Positions 8,992 to 19,916 are shown, numbered from the stretch's first letter. The stretch is DNA of 64,000 nt from Pseudomonadota bacterium (GCA_027620075.1 JAQCEY010000002.1:104358-168357); one strand, 5' to 3'. Translations and numbers: made by a program. Notes: generated by a model not told the origin, from the sequence alone.

Positions 8992-11900
8992 CTAAATAGC
9001 CGATATTTCCTTTATCTTACGAATGGCAATAATTATCATTGAAATATCAGGATCTTCGCTTGCTTTAAGATCGGAAATGAACGAGTCGTAACGAGATATC
9101 ATTTTCGTGTTTTTTTCCTTCCAGATTTCAATGGCGTTTGAACAGATATTATCCTTACATAAATGTTTTACCGCTTCTAAAGTCAGCCTTCTTTGTTGTA
9201 AATAAATATCATCAACAAGACTTTGGTAAGACATTTTTTCCCAATAGTTATCGGAGGGAAGTTTGCCGAGCATCCTTACTATCAAGCCAAGGTTCAGGTT
9301 AGCTCCAAGCTCAAAATATAACTTACCGGCAACACTTAACGGCAATTTGGCATTGCTTGCCACCTGAACGATGTCACAGGCAGAACGCAACACGTTTAAA
9401 ATTGCCACCTTATGAGCCAAATCATCATCGATACCCATTTCTTTGAAACGGTTAAAACGCATTTCATAAACCTCGGTTACGGACTTTGGCAGAACTTTAA
9501 TCAGATTTTCCGATATTTCCTTAACACCGGGTGCAAAATCTTTTACCAGTTTTGATACCTGCAATGGCTGAGGACAGTTCCTCAAAAACCAGAATGTCGA
9601 ACTTTCAACTAAATTCTGTACTTCCATAAACAATATCTGCTGGTTTTCCACTCCTGCCTTTTTAGCGACGGAGATATTATCCCATAGCTCACGCAACCCG
9701 AAAACGTCCCTTGCTATAGTATAAGACCTTGCGATATCGCAATAAGGCACGCCCGTATCTTCCTGAATATGGTAGAACAAGGCGCTGCCCATACGGTTTA
9801 AAATACTGTTGGTAACGGAAGTTGCGATAATCTCCCGTATAAGCGGATGGCTTTCGATTTCTTTTTTATATTTAACCTGAAGATTATCAGGAAAATATTT
9901 TATCAAATCGTCGCTGTAATATTCCTCATCGGGTATATTGCTGTTTAGAAGATTATCATACAGGACTATCTTGCTATATGCCAGTATCACACTTAGTTCC
10001 GGACGTGTAAACCCGGCTCCTTCAGCGTGCCTACGGGCAATATCCTCAGGTGCGGGCAAATATTCTATATTACGGTCAAGATGTCCGTTCTTCTCTAAAA
10101 ACGACATCATTCTGCCCAGTATTTCAAGGATACCGCTGCCCTGCTGCTGTGCTATAGTAATAGCCTGAGTTTGCAGGTTGTTATCACGCAACACAAGCTG
10201 TGCGACATTCTCCGTCATCGATTCTAATAATTTATCCCGATTCGGCATATTAAGGCTGCCGTCTTCAACGGCTTTACCAAGCACTATCTTGATATTAACT
10301 TCATGGTCGGAACAATCTACGCCGGCGGAGTTATCTATCGCATCGGTATTTATTCGCCCTCCTTTTTGGGCATATTCTATACGCCCTAACTGGGTAAATC
10401 CGAGATTACCCCCCTCACCTACTACTTTTGCCCTTATTTCGGAGCCGTTGATACGCAACACGTCATTAGCCTTATCGCCCACATCATCATGGCTTTCGAA
10501 TTTTGATTTGACATATGTACCTATTCCGCCGTTCCATATAAGCCCCACAGGAGCTTTTAGCATATATTTTATAAGCTCGTCAGGAGTTACTTTATCGGAA
10601 TTTATCTCAAGCAGTTTTTTTATTTCAGGGCTTAAAACGATACTCTTGTCACTTCTTTGGAAAACGCCGCCGCCTTTTGATATTAATTGCGAGTTATAAT
10701 CAGCCCATGACGACCTCGGCATCTTAAATAACCTTTCACGCTCCTTATAGCTTTCTGCCGCATTCGGGTTGGGGTCAAGGAATATATGCAAATGGTTAAA
10801 TGCACCCACAAGCTTGATATGTTTAGAGCATAACATACCGTTACCGAATACGTCTCCTCCCATATCACCGATACCGATAACACTAAAGTCATCTTTGTCC
10901 ACATCAACGCCCATCTCATAGAAATGGCGTGCAACAGATACCCACGCTCCTTTTGCGGTAATTCCCATTTTCTTATGGTCATATCCGGCCGAACCGCCTG
11001 ATGCGAAAGCGTCTTTTAACCAGAAACCGTATTCTTCAGATATGGAGTTGGCTATATCCGAGAACGTAGCCGTACCTTTATCGGCGGCTACCACCAGATA
11101 AGCATCGTCACCGTCATGCCTGACAACATTCTTCGGATGTTTTATCTTACCGCCGACCATATTGTCGGTCAAATCCAACAACCCCCTTAAGAACGTCTTA
11201 TAGCATTCTACACCTTCTTTTAGCAGAGCTTCCCTGCCGCCTTCGACAGGAGCTTTCTTAACCACGAAACCACCTTTAGAACCCACAGGTATAATAACGG
11301 AGTTTTTGGTCATCTGTGCTTTCATCAATCCCAATACCTCGGTACGGAAATCCTCGAGCCTGTCAGACCATCTCAAGCCGCCTCTGGCAACCTTACCGCC
11401 CCTTAGGTGAACACCTTCAACCCTTGTTGAATATACGAATATCTCGGCATAAGGGCGTGGTTTAGGCAACCATGAAATTTCCGAGGAAATGAATTTAAAT
11501 GAAATATAATCCTTATAGTTACCCTTTGTGTCTTTTTGGTAGTAATTGGTTCTCTTGGTAGCGTTTATTAACTCTACCAACCCTCTTATTACCCTGTCTT
11601 CAGACAGATTCGATACCTTGCTCAGGATAGAATCTATTTCAACCGTCACATCGGCAGAGGCTTTTTCCCTGTCACCTTTAAAATCAGGATCAAAACGTAT
11701 ATTGAACAACTCAACAAGAAGCTTTGTCAAAGAATGATGGTTACATAAGGCATTTTGTATATATTCAAGGCTGTAAGCAAAACATGATTGCTGCAAATAG
11801 CGGCAATAGGCACGAATCATCTTAACATCACGCCATTTTAAATTAGCAAATAATATCAGCTTATTAAGGTTATCATTATGAACCTGTTCAAACCATATTT

Positions 11901-13833
11901 TATTTACGGCATCTTCAAAATTATTTTTTATTTCTTTTAATTTCGGCTTCGTGATTCCGCTTACAATAAATCTGAATCTGTGTATCCATATATTGCCGCA
12001 TTCATTATCGGGAGTCACAAGGTATGTATGCTCATCTAGCGTGGAAAGACCCATATTTTCCAATATAGGCATTACCCTTGAAAGCCTGACCTGCTCGTTT
12101 AACGTATATATCTTGAACTCAAATATTTCCTCGGTACTTTCACCCGATTCATAAATATCAAAAGTAACATGCTTTTTATCTATTACCTTTTCAATCTGTA
12201 AAATATCATAATAGGCATCTTCTACCGAGAATCTGTTGCGGTAGCTAAGAGAAAAGGCTTTTCTATATTTTTCATATATTTCCTCGCCGTCTTCCTCATC
12301 GAATTTTTTATAAATATAGTCTTGCAGGTCGTCTACCCAGTTTCTTGCGGCAGCGGCTACCATAGACTCGATTTCTCTCTCGTCATAGTCCGGTACATTG
12401 CCCGGCTCGGTCTTAACGATAAATTGTAGCCTTGCCATATGTGACTCGGTAACCTGCGTATAGTGGTTCGATATCGTTCCGTTTAATTCGGTCTTTAGTA
12501 TTTTCTCTATTTTTTTTCGTAAATTGGTGTTCATTCTGTCTTTTGGTATAAACACCAGACAACTGATAAACCGTTCAAATTCATCTTTCCTGAAGAACAC
12601 CCGTACTTTCGGCTGGATATTAAGCATTACTATGCCCATTGCCGAATCGAACAAATGCTCTTCGGAGCTTTGCAGCAACTCATCTCTTGGAAAATCCTCC
12701 AAAATGGCGGAAAGAGCCTTACCGCTATGTCCGCCGTCGGAAAATCCGGATTTTTTATGGATAGACTCAAGCTTTTTCCTTATCAGAGGAACATTCCGGA
12801 CGCTTTGATAATAGACTTTTGATGTAAACAGACCTAAGAACCTGTGTTCACCGATAACATTTCCCTGTTCATCGAGCTTCTTTATACCGATATAATCCAT
12901 ATGCACGGGTCTGTGGACTAACGATTTTCTGTTTGCCTTGGTTATTTCTAACAAGGTCTGTTCTTTTCCCAAAAGAGGGTTGGTCTTAATTTCTTTGCAG
13001 TTACGAGGGGTGAGGGAAGGGTCTCCGAGTTTTAAAATACCCAATTTAGAACCTTCTGTTATCGTCGCTTCCTTACCCGAAGATTTTTCATAATACACAT
13101 AACCCAAAAACACAAAGTTATTATTCTTTAGCCAGTCAAGAAACTCTTTGATTTCCTGAGCGTTATCAAGAACCTGCTTTTTGCCGGAATCTTTCAGGGA
13201 ATGTACCAGCAAATCCGCCGAAACGCCTATTTCAGTAATTACATGGTTGACTTTTCTTAATATATCGTCCCAGTCGGTAACCGCCACCTTCACATGCTTA
13301 AAAACCGTTTGAAGCTCTTTTTCAAGGTTTGCCGCCTGTTTATCCGAAAGCTTCATTACCTGCATCTGTATAACCGATTCTAAAGCACCGCCTGACGATG
13401 TATTAGCGGAAACGGATTGTAAAATGCCCTTGTCGTCACGCACAGCCTTGATAACGGGGTGGAACAGGTCAACTATTTTTATTTCATGCCTGTTTACTTC
13501 TTCAGTGAAAGAATCCACAAGGAAGGGTATGTCATCATTTAATATTTCGATATATGTAAACTTACTTTCCCAGCCGTCGTTTTTCAGGGTAGGGTTATAA
13601 ACCCTTAACTTACATCCGCTACGTGGTTTTTCTTCAATAAACTTAAAAACACCGATTGCCGAAAGGCAACGTTTTTTTATTTCCCGTTTTTTTAGCTCTT
13701 CGGCAGAAGTGAACTTATATAGCTCTTTGATAAAGTCCATCAGCCCTTTATCCAGAAGCTTTTTCGAATTTTTACTAGCTTCGGCAGCGATTGAATCAAT
13801 TACTTTTAATGTAGTTTTTAATTCTGCATTCAT
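8992..13833 (-). CDS. NAD-specific glutamate dehydrogenase, large (about 180 kDa) Bac_GDH family
   Basis: Single 1613-aa ORF. The length and the conserved central catalytic region (GGLRWSDR, KGGFV, GPDMGT-like IGIGDMGGDVFGNGML) are typical of the giant NAD-GDH family. Confidence 0.88.
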   Translation of the reverse strand: MNAELKTTLKVIDSIAAEASKNSKKLLDKGLMDFIKELYKFTSAEELKKREIKKRCLSAIGVFKFIEEKPRSGCKLRVYNPTLKNDGWESKFTYIEILNDDIPFLVDSFTEEVNRHEIKIVDLFHPVIKAVRDDKGILQSVSANTSSGGALESVIQMQVMKLSDKQAANLEKELQTVFKHVKVAVTDWDDILRKVNHVITEIGVSADLLVHSLKDSGKKQVLDNAQEIKEFLDWLKNNNFVFLGYVYYEKSSGKEATITEGSKLGILKLGDPSLTPRNCKEIKTNPLLGKEQTLLEITKANRKSLVHRPVHMDYIGIKKLDEQGNVIGEHRFLGLFTSKVYYQSVRNVPLIRKKLESIHKKSGFSDGGHSGKALSAILEDFPRDELLQSSEEHLFDSAMGIVMLNIQPKVRVFFRKDEFERFISCLVFIPKDRMNTNLRKKIEKILKTELNGTISNHYTQVTESHMARLQFIVKTEPGNVPDYDEREIESMVAAAARNWVDDLQDYIYKKFDEEDGEEIYEKYRKAFSLSYRNRFSVEDAYYDILQIEKVIDKKHVTFDIYESGESTEEIFEFKIYTLNEQVRLSRVMPILENMGLSTLDEHTYLVTPDNECGNIWIHRFRFIVSGITKPKLKEIKNNFEDAVNKIWFEQVHNDNLNKLILFANLKWRDVKMIRAYCRYLQQSCFAYSLEYIQNALCNHHSLTKLLVELFNIRFDPDFKGDREKASADVTVEIDSILSKVSNLSEDRVIRGLVELINATKRTNYYQKDTKGNYKDYISFKFISSEISWLPKPRPYAEIFVYSTRVEGVHLRGGKVARGGLRWSDRLEDFRTEVLGLMKAQMTKNSVIIPVGSKGGFVVKKAPVEGGREALLKEGVECYKTFLRGLLDLTDNMVGGKIKHPKNVVRHDGDDAYLVVAADKGTATFSDIANSISEEYGFWLKDAFASGGSAGYDHKKMGITAKGAWVSVARHFYEMGVDVDKDDFSVIGIGDMGGDVFGNGMLCSKHIKLVGAFNHLHIFLDPNPNAAESYKERERLFKMPRSSWADYNSQLISKGGGVFQRSDKSIVLSPEIKKLLEINSDKVTPDELIKYMLKAPVGLIWNGGIGTYVKSKFESHDDVGDKANDVLRINGSEIRAKVVGEGGNLGFTQLGRIEYAQKGGRINTDAIDNSAGVDCSDHEVNIKIVLGKAVEDGSLNMPNRDKLLESMTENVAQLVLRDNNLQTQAITIAQQQGSGILEILGRMMSFLEKNGHLDRNIEYLPAPEDIARRHAEGAGFTRPELSVILAYSKIVLYDNLLNSNIPDEEYYSDDLIKYFPDNLQVKYKKEIESHPLIREIIATSVTNSILNRMGSALFYHIQEDTGVPYCDIARSYTIARDVFGLRELWDNISVAKKAGVENQQILFMEVQNLVESSTFWFLRNCPQPLQVSKLVKDFAPGVKEISENLIKVLPKSVTEVYEMRFNRFKEMGIDDDLAHKVAILNVLRSACDIVQVASNAKLPLSVAGKLYFELGANLNLGLIVRMLGKLPSDNYWEKMSYQSLVDDIYLQQRRLTLEAVKHLCKDNICSNAIEIWKEKNTKMISRYDSFISDLKASEDPDISMIIIAIRKIKEISAI

Positions 13834-13950
13834 ATTTGTAAAACCTTATTGACGCACAATTTTCATAAATTTTTAACCGTTATACACCTTTATTTGGACA
13901 TTGTGTATAAAAAAATCCGGATAAATAGTAATAAAATCATTAAACATGTG

Positions 13951-14094
13951 TTGCTAACTAAACATAGTTTTTGTACTTTATATCAAATTTTTTTTAATAG
14001 CTTCATCAAGCCGAACTTATTTTGTGCATCTACTCCGAGATAAAAAAGATACTGAATAAATTCGCCTATGACGAAAACTATGCTTAGTTAGCAA
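13951..14094. repeat. Nested palindrome: a 21-nt inverted repeat enclosing a degenerate type A element
   Basis: TTGCTAACTAAACATAGTTTT (13951-13971) pairs with AAAACTATGCTTAGTTAGCAA (14074-14094), 20/21 complementary. The interior, about 14003-14072, resembles A1 (..CCGAACTTATTTTGTGCATCTA...CTGAATAAATTCGCCTATGAC). Confidence 0.65.
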
Positions 14095-14116
14095 TGTCCA
14101 CGAACGAGAAACCAAG

Positions 14117-15448
14117 ATGCAAACAATATTTGCCTGTGCAACAGCTCCTATAAAATCAGGGGTAGCGATAATAAGGGTGTCGGGTTCAAATTCCCTGAAT
14201 ATATTAAAATCCTTAACGGGGCAGGGGGCAATCCCTGCCGGAACGGCATTACTTAGAAAAATAAAAAATCCCGGAACTGACGAAATAATAGACGAGGCAA
14301 TTATATTATATTTTGCCGCCCCTAAAAGTTTTACAGGCGAAGATGTTGTTGAATTCCACATACACGGCAGCAGAGCCGTTATATCCGAAATGCTGGAAAT
14401 ATTATCAACATTTAAAGATACAAGGCTTGCAGAACCCGGAGAGTTTTCCAAGCGGGCATTCGATAACGGCAAAATGGATTTAACCGAAGCCGAGGGGCTT
14501 GCCGACCTGATAGACGCTGAAACAAAAGCACAGGCAAGGCAAGCCATGCGTCAAAAACAGGGGGTTTTAGGAAGCCTGTATGACGGCTGGAGGAGCGAAC
14601 TTATTTCCATACTGGCAAATATAGAGGCTTACATAGATTTTCCCGACGAACCCATACCTGACGACACGGTTGCCAAGGTAGTTGAACAGGTGATGGGGCT
14701 AAAGTCATCAATCGCAAAACACCTTAACGACAACCGACGTGGGGAAAAATTACGCAGCGGTATAAATGCCGTTATAGCAGGCGCTCCCAATACGGGAAAA
14801 TCATCTCTTATCAACTATTTATCCAAGCGTGACGTTGCTATTGTATCTGAAATAGCAGGTACTACCCGTGACAGCATCGAAGTTCACCTAGATCTTGGCG
14901 GCTATCCCTTAACAATTATTGATACGGCGGGGCTTCGTAAAAATGCCGATACAATAGAGGCTCAGGGAATTAAAATTGCGTTACAAAAAGCACAAGACGC
15001 TGACATCAACATATTGTTATTTGATGCAAATCAATTACCTGATATTGATAAAAACACACTAAGTCTTGTAAATGAAAATTCTATAATTGTAATTAACAAG
15101 ATTGACCTAAAAGATAATATTACCATTCCTGATATTTTAGAAAAACATTCACCGATTCTAATCTCTACTAAAGAACAGATAGGGTTAGATAAGCTACTTT
15201 TAAGATTGGAGGAAAAAACTAAAGACCAACTCGACATATCATCGGATCCCGTTATAACCAGACAACGGCATCGCTCACTTTTAATAGAAACAAATATTTC
15301 TTTAGATAATTTCAGTCTTGATGATGAATTGGAGATTGCCTCTGAAAATCTAAGACAGGCGGCTGTATCGCTAGGAAAAATAACGGGTCACATTAATATT
15401 GAGGAAATCCTCGATAGTATTTTCAGTAATTTTTGTATCGGCAAGTAA
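14117..15448 (+). CDS. mnmE: tRNA modification GTPase MnmE (TrmE)
   Basis: 443 aa with the G1 motif GAPNTGKSSLIN, DTAGLR and the C-terminal CIGK tetrapeptide. Confidence 0.94.
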   Translation: MQTIFACATAPIKSGVAIIRVSGSNSLNILKSLTGQGAIPAGTALLRKIKNPGTDEIIDEAIILYFAAPKSFTGEDVVEFHIHGSRAVISEMLEILSTFKDTRLAEPGEFSKRAFDNGKMDLTEAEGLADLIDAETKAQARQAMRQKQGVLGSLYDGWRSELISILANIEAYIDFPDEPIPDDTVAKVVEQVMGLKSSIAKHLNDNRRGEKLRSGINAVIAGAPNTGKSSLINYLSKRDVAIVSEIAGTTRDSIEVHLDLGGYPLTIIDTAGLRKNADTIEAQGIKIALQKAQDADINILLFDANQLPDIDKNTLSLVNENSIIVINKIDLKDNITIPDILEKHSPILISTKEQIGLDKLLLRLEEKTKDQLDISSDPVITRQRHRSLLIETNISLDNFSLDDELEIASENLRQAAVSLGKITGHINIEEILDSIFSNFCIGK

Positions 15449-15457
15449 CAACAATAT

Positions 15458-16240
15458 CTAGTCGGGAATTTTAAAAACCCTTAGCAAGCCTTCTCCCGAA
15501 GACTTTCTATAACTCAGTCCTCCTCGATCAATGTATGAATATGCAAAATACCCAGAGCCAAAGGCGATTTTAGGGTCATCGTAATTATCAAAATAACGTG
15601 AAAAAACTTTTTGCCCATCGCTGGTTCTTATTAAATATATAGCAGATATTTTTGAAGAGGTTCTATATTTGCCATCTATAGATACGGCTATATATTTACC
15701 ACTTGGATCGGCGGCAACTAATCCAAGTCTATAATTCTTTTCTATATCGTGTTGCCCTTGTCCGAAAGGAAAATGCCACTTTACATAATCGCCAGAATTT
15801 CCTATGTAATCAACATTCCAAGATACAAAGGATGATGGGTATTGGGGATATTTTATAATGTTGTTGCCCGATTTCTTGGAAGAAGGCAGTTTCATTTTTC
15901 CTTCTTTTAATTTACACCCCTTCAAATCAAACTTTGAACTTACATCATTATCTATGTTCACTAATAATAAATTATCTTTTTCATAAGAAAAATCTTCAGG
16001 TTTGTTAAACCAATTTATGCTGACTCCCCTGTAAACACAGATTTCCTCCCAGTCTAGGCTTATATCTTCCAATTTGTGTGTTTGTATAGCCCCTAGAGCT
16101 TCTTGCATTTGCTTATATTCTTCCGACCCCGGTTTAGACATAACACGAAATAGCTCACTTAAATCATGTGAAAAAGACTGCCCTATACACAAAAAATAAA
16201 AAATTGTTGTTGTGAGTATTACTTTATACTTTTTTCTCAT
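15458..16240 (-). CDS. Hypothetical exported protein (ORFan)
   Basis: A signal-peptide-like N-terminus, MRKKYKVILTTTIFYFLCIGQSFS, starts at the internal ATG at 16240. The track extension to 16315 runs through a hairpin cluster. I recognise no family. Confidence 0.5.
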   Translation of the reverse strand: MRKKYKVILTTTIFYFLCIGQSFSHDLSELFRVMSKPGSEEYKQMQEALGAIQTHKLEDISLDWEEICVYRGVSINWFNKPEDFSYEKDNLLLVNIDNDVSSKFDLKGCKLKEGKMKLPSSKKSGNNIIKYPQYPSSFVSWNVDYIGNSGDYVKWHFPFGQGQHDIEKNYRLGLVAADPSGKYIAVSIDGKYRTSSKISAIYLIRTSDGQKVFSRYFDNYDDPKIAFGSGYFAYSYIDRGGLSYRKSSGEGLLRVFKIPD

Positions 16241-16276
16241 TCTTAACCTAGCGTATTTTATATTGCAAACGCAAAA

Positions 16277-16372
16277 CCACATGGCTTGCCGTGGATGAAG
16301 TAATCCTAAATCCAACGAGATTTAGGCAAGCTATGCTTGTAATAGACTGATACCACGGGGCTTGCCCCGTGG
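16277..16372. repeat. Cluster of four short hairpins
   Basis: CCACATGGCTTGCCGTGG (16277-16294), CCTAAATC-N6-GATTTAGG (16305-16326), CAAGCTATGCTTG (16327-16339) and CCACGGGGCTTGCCCCGTGG (16353-16372). Confidence 0.55.
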
Positions 16373-16459
16373 AGGTTCACATAATAAGGTTAATAGTAAC
16401 ATGATTGTACAAACATATCAATTGCCAGCTTGTACATTTTTTGTTATAGTGCCGCAAAT

Positions 16460-16475
16460 TGTTTCACGTGAATCA
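16460..16475. promoter_or_regulatory. parS: parS-like site 1
   Basis: TGTTTCACGTGAATCA has 1 mismatch to the TGTTTCACGTGAAACA consensus. It lies 24 nt upstream of mnmG. Confidence 0.7.
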
Positions 16476-16498
16476 ATTTCTAAAAACACGGTATAAAA

Positions 16499-18358
16499 AT
16501 GAATAATTTTGATGTAATTGTTATAGGTGCGGGACATGCGGGCATTGAAGCGGCTACCGCATCAGCTAGGGTAGGGGCAGAAACCCTTTTAATAACACTT
16601 AAAGAAGATAATTTGGGCGAAATGTCATGTAATCCGGCAATCGGCGGTGTGGCAAAGGGAACAATAGTACGTGAAATAGATGCACTTGACGGAATAATGG
16701 GACGTGCTATAGACAAAGCAGGTATTCATTACAGAATGCTAAATGCCAGTAAGGGGCCGGCAGTTTGGGGACCTAGAGCTCAGGCTGATAGAAAGTTATA
16801 TAAAAAAGCCGTTAGCGAAATATTAAAGGACTATGAAAATCTAACTATAAAATATTCATCTGTAGAAGATATCATAGTCGAAGATAATGTTGTAAAGGGT
16901 ATAATTACAGAAGATAGTCAAATCATAAAATGTTCTAAAGTTATTCTAACAACAGGAACATTCTTACGTGGCCTTATTCATATCGGGGAAAAAACTATTG
17001 AAGCGGGCAGGGTAGATGAAAAGCCGTCGATAGGTTTATCGGATACTTTATGCAGATTGAATTTTAATATGGGACGTTTAAAGACGGGAACGCCACCACG
17101 TCTTGACGGCAAAACCATAAAATGGGATTTAGCGGAAAAACAATCCGGCGATGAAGTGCCGACCCCGTTTTCATATATGAATGACAAGGTGGAAGTTCCA
17201 CAAATAAGTTGTTATATAACCAAAACCACTCCAGAAACTAAAAAAATCATTGAGGCAAATGTTCACCGTTCGCCGATGTATTCAGGAAAAATTGAAAGTA
17301 CAGGTCCTAGATATTGTCCTTCTATAGAAGATAAAATAGTTCGCTTTTCCCATAAAGAAACTCACCAAATTTTTCTTGAGCCTGAGGGGCTTGATGATGA
17401 TACCGTTTATCCGAACGGCATATCAACTTCATTACCGGAAGATGTACAGCTTGCTATATTAAAATCAATGCCGGCATTAGAAGATGCCGTCATGCTCCGT
17501 CCGGGATATGCGATTGAATATGATTATGTTGATCCACGTGAATTATATCCGACATTAGAGACAAAAAAAGTAAGCGGATTATATCTGGCAGGGCAGATAA
17601 ACGGAACAACAGGATATGAAGAAGCCGGAGGGCAGGGGATAGTATCGGGTATAAACGCCGCTTTGCAAGCACTCGGTAATAATGAAAATTTCATATTAGA
17701 CAGAGCGGATGCTTACATAGGCGTAATGATAGATGACCTGATTAACCTCGGAACTTCAGAGCCTTACAGAATGTTTACGTCAAGAGCGGAGTATCGATTA
17801 TCAATTAGGGCGGATAATGCCGACCAGCGTTTAACCCCGATAGGAATAAAATTCGGAGCAGTTAAAGCTTGCCGACAAGAAGCATTTGAAAATAAAATAA
17901 ATGAAATTAATACACAGCGTGAAAAATTGAATTCGCATAAGGTTAGCCCCACAAAGGCTAAACAATTCGGAATTAGCATTAATCAAGACGGTGTAAAACG
18001 TTCTGCCTTTGAACTTTTGCGTTATCCTGATATCAAATTTGAAGACGTAGCAAAAATCTGGCCCGACCTTAACGAAATGAACAAAGGTGTTCTACAGCAG
18101 CTTGAGATTGAAGCTTTATATTCATCATATCTTGCTAAACAGCAAGCGGATATTTTAGATTTCAAAAGGAACGAAAATATTAAAATACCTTCTGGCTTTA
18201 ATTATGATTCGGAGATGATTAGCCTTCCTAACGAAGCCAGAATAAAATTCAAGCAAAACAAGCCCTTAACCATTGGCGCGGCAGGCAGAATACCCGGCAT
18301 AACACCGGCTGCCGTAACGGCATTAATGGTTGCTATACGGCAAAATAAGGTTGCTTAA
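16499..18358 (+). CDS. mnmG: tRNA uridine 5-carboxymethylaminomethyl modification enzyme MnmG (GidA)
   Basis: 619 aa with FAD-binding [26 protein letters not shown] and [12 protein letters not shown]. Confidence 0.95.
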   Translation: MNNFDVIVIGAGHAGIEAATASARVGAETLLITLKEDNLGEMSCNPAIGGVAKGTIVREIDALDGIMGRAIDKAGIHYRMLNASKGPAVWGPRAQADRKLYKKAVSEILKDYENLTIKYSSVEDIIVEDNVVKGIITEDSQIIKCSKVILTTGTFLRGLIHIGEKTIEAGRVDEKPSIGLSDTLCRLNFNMGRLKTGTPPRLDGKTIKWDLAEKQSGDEVPTPFSYMNDKVEVPQISCYITKTTPETKKIIEANVHRSPMYSGKIESTGPRYCPSIEDKIVRFSHKETHQIFLEPEGLDDDTVYPNGISTSLPEDVQLAILKSMPALEDAVMLRPGYAIEYDYVDPRELYPTLETKKVSGLYLAGQINGTTGYEEAGGQGIVSGINAALQALGNNENFILDRADAYIGVMIDDLINLGTSEPYRMFTSRAEYRLSIRADNADQRLTPIGIKFGAVKACRQEAFENKINEINTQREKLNSHKVSPTKAKQFGISINQDGVKRSAFELLRYPDIKFEDVAKIWPDLNEMNKGVLQQLEIEALYSSYLAKQQADILDFKRNENIKIPSGFNYDSEMISLPNEARIKFKQNKPLTIGAAGRIPGITPAAVTALMVAIRQNKVA

Positions 18359-18389
18359 TGTAAAAATAAGGGTTTATAATTTTGAAAGC

Positions 18390-18405
18390 CTTTTCACGTG
18401 AAACA
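18390..18405. promoter_or_regulatory. parS: parS-like site 2
   Basis: CTTTTCACGTGAAACA, with 2 mismatches at the outer positions, in the mnmG-rsmG spacer. Confidence 0.6.
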
Positions 18406-18468
18406 CTTTGACAAAGTGTTATTCTGCATTTAAGAAAAACAATCTGCAACCAATAAATTTTAGAAAAT

Positions 18469-19098
18469 ATGGAAGATAAAAACTATCTTGAACGGTGTTA
18501 TAAGGAACTGCTTGAAATTACAGAAGTTTCACGTGAAACGTTCGAAAAATGTGTTGATTACATAAATTTGCTTCTAAAGTGGAACAAAAAGATAAATCTT
18601 GTCAGCAAAAAACATGAAAATTTTGAAGATATCTGGGAAAGGCATTTTATTGACTCGGCTCAGTTGTTAAAATACATTCCACGTGAAACAAAAATAATAA
18701 CCGATTTTGGAAGCGGGGGAGGATTTCCCGGAATTGTAATCGCTATATTAGGAAATTACCAATTACATCTAATAGAAAGCGATATAAGAAAATGTGCTTT
18801 TTTAAATGAAGCCGCACGGCTTGTCAAAAAAGATATACAAGTCCACAACAAACGCATTGAAAATATTAATAGCTGGCAAAGCGACGTTTTGACAGCCAGA
18901 GCCTTGGCATCCGTCGATAAATTGTTAAATCTGACAAAAGATTTCCACGGGAAAAGTAAAATATGTCTTTTCTTAAAGGGGCAAAATGTAGTAGAAGAAC
19001 TTAAAGAGGCACAGGCTAATTGGAGCTTTGATTATAATATGCACCATAGTCACTCAAGTTCCGACGGTCGTATTCTTGAAATAACGAACCTTAAGTAA
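18469..19098 (+). CDS. rsmG: 16S rRNA (guanine527-N7)-methyltransferase RsmG (GidB)
   Basis: 209 aa with [23 protein letters not shown] and TARA motifs. Confidence 0.9.
   Translation: MEDKNYLERCYKELLEITEVSRETFEKCVDYINLLLKWNKKINLVSKKHENFEDIWERHFIDSAQLLKYIPRETKIITDFGSGGGFPGIVIAILGNYQLHLIESDIRKCAFLNEAARLVKKDIQVHNKRIENINSWQSDVLTARALASVDKLLNLTKDFHGKSKICLFLKGQNVVEELKEAQANWSFDYNMHHSHSSSDGRILEITNLK
18525..18540. promoter_or_regulatory. parS: parS-like site 3 (inside rsmG)
   Basis: AGTTTCACGTGAAACG. The 14-nt core GTTTCACGTGAAAC is perfect. Confidence 0.65.
18675..18690. promoter_or_regulatory. parS: parS-like site 4 (inside rsmG, degenerate)
   Basis: CATTCCACGTGAAACA. The right half-site is perfect and the left half has 3 mismatches. 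Confidence 0.4.
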
Positions 19099-19109
19099 TA
19101 GGATATGTT

Positions 19110-19913
19110 ATGCAAACCACTGAAAATACTACAAAAGTTATTGCTATTGCAAACCAGAAGGGTGGCGTAGGAAAGACTACAACTACGGTTAATCTGGCAA
19201 CCGCTTTGGCAGCATCGGGAAAGAAAGTCTTATTGATAGACCTAGACCCTCAAGGAAATGCCAGCACCGGTTTCGGTGTCAAGAGGGGGGAGCGTAAGGG
19301 CGATATATACGATGTAATCTGTGACAAAATCGACATTAAAGATGCTATTGCTAAAACTGAAATTCCCGACTTAAGTTTATTATATTCGACCGTTAACCTA
19401 TCGGCTGCCGAAATAGAACTGGTAAGCGTCGTAGGCAGGGAGTTTGTTTTAAAAGACAAGCTGGCTGAAATTAACGGAATGTTTGACTATGTTTTGATAG
19501 ATTGTCCGCCGTCACTAGGTCTGCTGACCATAAATGCACTGGTTTCCTCCGGCTCTGTTTTGATACCTTTGCAATGTGAGTTCTATGCTTTGGAGGGGTT
19601 AAGCCACTTATTAAAAACTATCGACAAAGTAAAAAAACACCTGAACAAAGAACTAAAAATACACGGGATATTATTAACTATGCAGGATAAGCGTAACAAC
19701 CTTTCTCAGCAGGTTGAAACCGATGTAAGGGGCTATTTGGGCGACAGTGTTTTTAAAACGGTCATACCTAGAAATATTAGGGTATCTGAGGCTCCGTCAC
19801 ATGGAAAGCCGGCAATTTTATATGATTATAAATGCTCAGGCTCTATGGCATATATACATTTGGCAAAAGAAATGCTCCAACGAGAAAAGTTAGCAAAAGC
19901 AGTTCCGGCATAA
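19110..19913 (+). CDS. parA: Chromosome partitioning ATPase ParA (Soj)
   Basis: 267 aa with Walker [14 protein letters not shown] and DCPPSLG. Confidence 0.94.
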   Translation: MQTTENTTKVIAIANQKGGVGKTTTTVNLATALAASGKKVLLIDLDPQGNASTGFGVKRGERKGDIYDVICDKIDIKDAIAKTEIPDLSLLYSTVNLSAAEIELVSVVGREFVLKDKLAEINGMFDYVLIDCPPSLGLLTINALVSSGSVLIPLQCEFYALEGLSHLLKTIDKVKKHLNKELKIHGILLTMQDKRNNLSQQVETDVRGYLGDSVFKTVIPRNIRVSEAPSHGKPAILYDYKCSGSMAYIHLAKEMLQREKLAKAVPA

Positions 19914-19916
19914 TTT

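Noticed and set aside
9938-12808. Several plus-strand track ORFs of 60-173 aa (9938..10168, 10178..10699, 11546..11737, 11951..12154, 12524..12808) and a minus-strand out-of-frame ORF (10683..10982), all inside the gdh locus
   Set aside because: All are fully embedded in the 1613-aa NAD-GDH coding region. They have Ser/Leu/Pro/Ile-rich compositions typical of antisense or off-frame reading and no recognisable motifs.
14017-14547. 176-aa minus-strand ORF overlapping the 5' part of mnmE
   Set aside because: It is antisense to a very well supported MnmE coding sequence. It is Ser/Ala/Ile-rich with no motifs, and its 3' end (stop at 14017) lies within the repeat region.
17530-17545. Sixth parS-like sequence inside mnmG (TGATCCACGTGAATTA)
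   Set aside because: It has four mismatches, including positions in both half-sites. Only the central CACGTG is kept, so it is probably chance.
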